NCBI GenBank assembly: GCA_030324005.1 | Contig: JARDVH010000084.1 | Coordinates: forward strand, 34,120,917 to 34,184,916 | Direction of reading: 5' to 3' | Origin: Negaprion brevirostris | Lineage: Eukaryota | Length of the DNA stretch: 64,000 nt | Program-made: the position numbers and the translations under genes | The notes under the pieces: generated by a model | Databases searched by the model: none | Seen by the model: the letters and a program-made list of their open reading frames with translations, nothing else | Told to the model about the DNA's origin: nothing | Part shown: one piece after another, positions 59,501-64,000 of the stretch | Position numbering within the stretch: position 1 is the stretch's first letter | How the letters are laid out: each line of letters starts with the position of its first letter

Positions 59501-62194
59501 ATATTCAATTAAGTATCACTGGCTGCAGATTGTAGGCTCTTTGGAAGTAATATGTGATGGCCAAAAGCCTCATCATTCAGCCGAGCACCCTTCATCCCAT
59601 TTTATTTTTCTGGTACTGAGTTTTGAAGTGATGAATCCAGGTTTTAAAATTGAATGGAAAACCTGGTGTCGATGCCAGCCTGTAACGTCTAACTTTCTTT
59701 GCTAAGACTAAAGACTCAGTGGTTAGCACAGCTGTCTCACAGCTCCAGGGACCCAAGTTTGATTCCTGGCTTGGGTCACTGATTGTGTGGAGCATGCACG
59801 TTCTTTCTGTGTCTGCGTGGGTTTCATCCAGGTGCTCTGGTTTCCTCCCACTGTCTGAAAGATGCGCAGGTTAGGTGCATTGATCCAAAGAAGCATCAAA
59901 GTGTGGCGAGTAGGGGAATTTCACAGTAATTTCATTGCAGTGTTAATGTAGGCCTTACTTGTGACTAAAAATAAACGTAACTTGATGTTGCTGCAGTTTT
60001 TAGTTGATGCTAAATTTTGGTAAACAGCAAAGAAAAATATTGTTTTTACATTCGTTCTGAACAACTTTGGTAAGATCCAAACTTCTTATTTCAGGTGCTC
60101 CACATTGGTCCCAAGGAACCATTTCCTTCTGTTGAACCCAATGATGATGTTATGTTTGTTAAATTAAAGTGGGATGGAAAGAAGTTTAATATCTTGCCTA
60201 AAAATGCATTCTCTGACAAGAAGACCAATGATGATGATCATAACGAGTTGGATTCCTTACCCATACGTGTACAGGTGTCTGATGTGAATTATTCTCCAAA
60301 GCAGAATATTGCTGTTGGCAATGGAGATGGGACATTAAGCAGAAATGTTACCAACCACAAGTGTAAAAATGGCATTGTCGAGATGATTTCTGAAGGGAAA
60401 TCTACATATTCTGGTCAAAAAAACTCCAATGGTAAGAGGAGCATGCAAATCTCGAACGGGGATAGCGGCAAATCCAAAGTTCGGCGGAAGCTTCCGCTTT
60501 GTGGTAAGTAAGAGTGTGGGTCTGATTTTTGGCTTCCTTTGTGCCAAGGGGACACCTGCTACTTGGGGAAAAATGTAGAGAAATAGAATGGAGACCTAAG
60601 CCAGCAGGTCTCTGATAATTACTTTGGAGGGGATAGTGATTTTCCACCCCAAAATAAATAGAGGCTATAATGATTAGGACAGATGGGACTTTATTTTTAA
60701 AGGCATCATGGTGTTGGCTGTTACCTTTGATAGATGAAAGGTAAATAAGTCTTGCTAAGACTATACAACGCACTAGTTAGACTGCACCTGGCATACCATG
60801 AACAGTTTTGGTCTCCTTTCCTCTGGAAAGTTATATTGGCATTGGAGGCAGTCCAGAGAAGATTCATTAGGGTGATTCTGGATATTGTTGAATTTTCTGT
60901 TGAGGAGAGGCCCAATAGCTTGGATCTCTCAATGAGGACACCTTATTGAGACAAATAGGATTCTGAGGGGGCTTGGCAGGATAGATGCTGAGAGGTTGTT
61001 CTCCCCTTGTGGGAGTGTAGGATCAGATGGCATAATCTCAGAGTAAGGGGTCACCCTTTCAAGAAAAAGACAAGGAGGAATTTCTTCCCTCTGGTAAAGA
61101 ATTCCATAGATTCACTACCCTCAGAACTGTGGAGATTAGGTTAAATATGTTCAAGGCTGAGGTAGACAGATTTTTAATCTGTCAGGGAATCAAGGGTTAT
61201 GGGAATAAGGTGGGGAAGTGGAGCTGAGGATTATATCAGATCAGTCATGATCTCATTGAATGGTGGAGCAGACTGGATGGGCTAAATGGTTTATTTCTGC
61301 TCTTATGTGTTAAGGCCTTATCGCATATAACTTTTATATTGATTCTGTAAAGCAGTCTAACACAGCTTGAATAGAACTGGAATATAGGGGCATTGGTAGG
61401 CTTTCTGAGCTATCTATGCGTAATCACTGCAGGGGCATTTTGGAATCCTTTGTGGAGAGTTATACAAAAATGCTGTTAAATATCCTCCTGCATCTCCTAA
61501 ATTTTTGAGTTATCTGCAAAGGCCACTAATCTGTTGGAGCAGGTTATCTGAGCAAATTGGGTCCTTCAGGTTCTTGGTATAGAATCATTTTATATTTTAA
61601 TTGGAGCTTTCAAATGACAGTGCAGCAGAAAACATTTGGCTGGAATTTTACTGTCCCATCCACCGCCGGCGAGCAACTAAAGAAACTGTAAAATCTAAAA
61701 GGTCAATAGACCATGAAACAGTCTATTGACCTTTTAGATTTCAGTTTCCGGAGGAGCAAGGCTGTAAAATTCTGCCCTTTGTTTTCTTGGTGTGGTAAGG
61801 TCATTTGTGTTCTTAAGTCAGATTTAAAATTTGTTTTCTAAATTGCAGATTTCAGCAAAACCTCTGAAAGTAAGCTGAGAAATGTTTTGTCCGAACCCTT
61901 TGATGACGATGTTGATGAAGATGTTCTTGCGAGGAAACTTTGTGAGGTGGTGAAACCTAGAGCTATAAAACACACAGAAGACTTTAATGGTATTTCAGAT
62001 GATGCCCTTTCGCCCTGTAAGAAGATGAAAAGTAAGACTGGAATTACTACCATTTCTCCACTTACTCTGACCAGAGGCAAGATGAACAACCAAGTTGCTA
62101 AATTGCAATTGACGCCTATTGTAATTAATCCTAAAATTAAACAGCAAGACTCTTTTAGCCAATCCAGAAAGAATGACAAAATTGATTCTCACAA
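53413..62194 (+). CDS. ORC1: Origin recognition complex subunit 1, 5' portion (5 coding exons; continues past the window)
   Basis: N-terminus MSSYLTRLKERQRHIYSWAG; BAH domain (IGDFVLV..EDEDQPYVARLLKLFE; VVQWFARIEE..LLGR..EIFLYD..ISAET); KLKWDGKKF; linker with an RxL cyclin motif (RRKL) and SP/TP sites; head-to-head with PRPF38A. Confidence 0.93.
53655..53885 (+). mobile_element. Rex1/Babar-like LINE 3' end
   Basis: T.RLKNSF.P.A-like CAACTCAAGAACAGATTCTTACCTGCTGCTGTCAG and terminal GTGACAATAAATCAAAT. Confidence 0.55.
54985..55262 (+). mobile_element. HE1-like V-SINE
   Basis: V-domain and CTGCACTGTAGGGATTCTATG tail. Confidence 0.8.
56257..56695 (-). mobile_element. V-SINE (-) interrupted by a 5'-truncated HE1-like SINE (+, about 56421-56599)
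   Basis: The minus-strand body resumes after the insert; flanks GTACCAGA / GTACCCAGA. Confidence 0.8.
57234..57361 (+). CDS. ORC1: ORC1 exon, start of BAH domain
   Basis: ctttag|...g|gtaaga, 128 nt. Confidence 0.92.
57803..57981 (+). CDS. ORC1: ORC1 exon, BAH domain core
   Basis: caccag|...aag|gtagta, 179 nt. Confidence 0.93.
59717..59980 (+). mobile_element. V-SINE with alternative tail
   Basis: CAGTGGTTAGCAC head ... TTCACAGTAATTTCATTGCAGTGTTAATGTAGGCC tail. Confidence 0.85.
60095..60503 (+). CDS. ORC1: ORC1 exon, end of BAH domain plus linker with RRKL motif
   Basis: tttcag|...g|gtaagt, 409 nt open. Confidence 0.9.
60720..61310 (+). mobile_element. CR1 LINE 3' fragment
   Basis: LRLYNALVRLHLAY..QFWSP....ILALEAVQRRFIR plus 3' UTR. 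Confidence 0.9.
61638..61777. mobile_element. Short MITE-like element with a central perfect hairpin
   Basis: Inverted ends GGCTGGAATTTTAC / GTAAAATTCTGCCC; 21-bp internal inverted repeat. Confidence 0.7.
61849..62194 (+). CDS. ORC1: ORC1 exon, disordered linker
   Basis: ttgcag|...aa|gtaagt, 346 nt open in the phase required by the previous exon. Confidence 0.82.
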
Positions 62195-62369
62195 GTAAGT
62201 TGCATAATATTTTAACTTTCCAATGCCAAATTGTTTATTTCTTGAGTAGACTGAGGTCCAATATTGGTTTACATCAATGTAACAACTAAAATGTATAAGT
62301 GGTGATCTCTGGTGATTTGAAATGCTTTTTCTCTGACGAGAGGTGTGAACCTTTGGGCAGATACAAGTT

Positions 62370-63460
62370 TAAATTTAAGGAGGTAACAAGGAGGATTGAT
62401 GAAAGTCGTGTGTCTGATGTAGTCTACGTGGCTTTTAGCAAAGCCTTTGACAAGGTCCCACATGGCAGAGTGGCCAGAAAAGTGAAAACCCTGTGATCAA
62501 AGAAAGGAACAATTTGGATGCAAAACTGGCTCAAACACAGAAAGCAAAGGATGATGATAAACAGATGTTTTTGTGACTAGAAAGCTGTTTCCATTATGAT
62601 TCTTCTGGTCTCTACTAAATTCCTTCTCTTTTGTGATGTATATCACTGATTTGAATTTGAACATAGGAGGGCGTGATTAAGAAGTTTGCAATGGTATAAA
62701 AGTTGGCTGATAGTGAGGGAAAAAAGCCTTAGAATGTAAGAAAATATCACTGAACTAGTTGATGGGCAGTAAAATGGCAAATGGAATCTAATCTGAAAGA
62801 AGTGTGAGATAAAACACCTGATAGGACAAATGAAGCATACAGAACTTAATATAAAGACCAGAGAACACCCACTGGAAACTGCTTCCTCAACCTAAAAACA
62901 CCTGTCTACCATCACCCTTTGCTTTCTGCGTCTGAACAATTTTGCATCGAGATTATAATTTTCCCTTGATCATTAGGCTTTTACTTTTTGGGATCTTGTC
63001 AAAGGCCTTGCTAAAAGCCGTGTAAACTACGTAAAACGCATGACCAAGATGCTGGTGGAGGTACATGTCCACAGATACCTAAATGCTGCAGGGCAGGTGG
63101 AGACTTTTTGACTCGGTATTAACTCTGGTTCTCTTTCCACACATGCTGCCATTCCAGCATTTTCGGTTTTTATGATTGAACTGAATATTTTCCTTTATTG
63201 ACCATGCCACTGAATAGAACTGCAAGAAGGTTATGTTTGAATGGCATAAAACACAGATCAGGCTACAGAGTACTGCATACGGTTTTCTGCCACAGTGGTT
63301 AGAGTGGGGATTACAGGGAAGGTGCCTGGATTGGGGAATTTTAGTGAAAAAGAAAGGTGGGGTAGGCTGGGATTGATTTCTTTAGAAGGGGTTGAGTGGA
63401 GGTTTACTCAGTGTATGACCTTTTGAGGGGCCTAGATAGCCTGAGTAGGAAGGACTAATT
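62370..63460 (+). mobile_element. CR1 RT fragments, including an inverted homologous segment (~62850-63030)
   Basis: VTRRIDESRVSDVVYVAFSKAFDKVPHGR. Confidence 0.8.
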
Positions 63461-63467
63461 TCCTTGG

Positions 63468-63755
63468 GGTGGCATTGCAGTTAGCACTGCTGCCTCACAG
63501 CGCCAGGGACCCAATTTGATTCCCAGCTTGTGTCACTATCTGTGCAGAGTCTGCCTATTCTCCCCGTGTCCATGCGGGTTTTGTCTGGTTGCTCCCGCTT
63601 CCTCCCACAATCCAAAGGACATGCTGGTTAGGTACATTGGCCATGCTAAATTCTCCCTCTATGTGCCCAAATAGGTGCAGGAGTGTGGCAACTGGCGGAT
63701 TTTCACAGTTACTGTATTGCAGTGTTAATGTAAGCCTACTTGTAACAAATAAACT
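63468..63755 (+). mobile_element. V-SINE with alternative tail
   Basis: Same family as 59717-59980. Confidence 0.85.
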
Positions 63756-64000
63756 GTTTTCATTTCCCATGGCAAAGAGGTCAATAACCATGAAGCATGG
63801 AAGTCTGGCAGCATGTGTGGAGAGAAGCAGAGTTAATATTGAGTCAAATTGACTTAACCATCCACCTGCCCTACATTTAGGGACCTGTGGACATGTACCC
63901 CACAAGATTCTTGGTCAGGTGTTTTATGTAGCCTACTGATTATTAGATTTCAAGTAATTGTAGACGAATTAGAGATGAGATGAGAATACCCCCAAAGGGT

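Noticed and set aside
1-64000. U12-type introns, intronic snoRNAs and intact hammerheads
   Set aside because: All inferred donors are U2-type GT. I saw no convincing C/D or H/ACA pattern and no complete CTGATGA..GAAA core by eye; an Rfam scan would be decisive.

Overview
This is vertebrate genomic DNA from a gapped scaffold, most likely a shark or other elasmobranch, judged by HE1/V-SINE-like, DeuSINE-like, CR1 and Penelope-like repeats. It holds three spliced genes in the order and orientation I recall from human 1p32. (1) The 3' part of TUT4/ZCCHC11 on +: 16 coding exons at 2226-29150, about 697 aa, with the catalytic module, two CCHC zinc knuckles and a Q/P-rich tail. (2) The complete PRPF38A on -: 10 exons at 52873-42115, 939 nt = 312 aa plus stop. 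(3) The 5' part of ORC1 on +: 5 coding exons from 53413, with the BAH domain and disordered linker, head-to-head with PRPF38A across a GC-box minisatellite. All exon phases were checked by hand and join in frame. A decayed processed NDUFV2 pseudogene lies antisense in a TUT4 intron and carries a ~27-30 bp internal micro-inversion. Most of the remaining recognisable sequence is transposon debris, often nested. I found no convincing wholly new biological system. The best second-look items are the retrocopy and its inversion, the promoter minisatellite, a TATCCTG-enriched insert, a perfect hairpin near an ORC1 exon, and decayed hammerhead-like motifs in Penelope-like fragments. Homology and repeat-family calls come from recognition, not database searches, and repeat boundaries are approximate.
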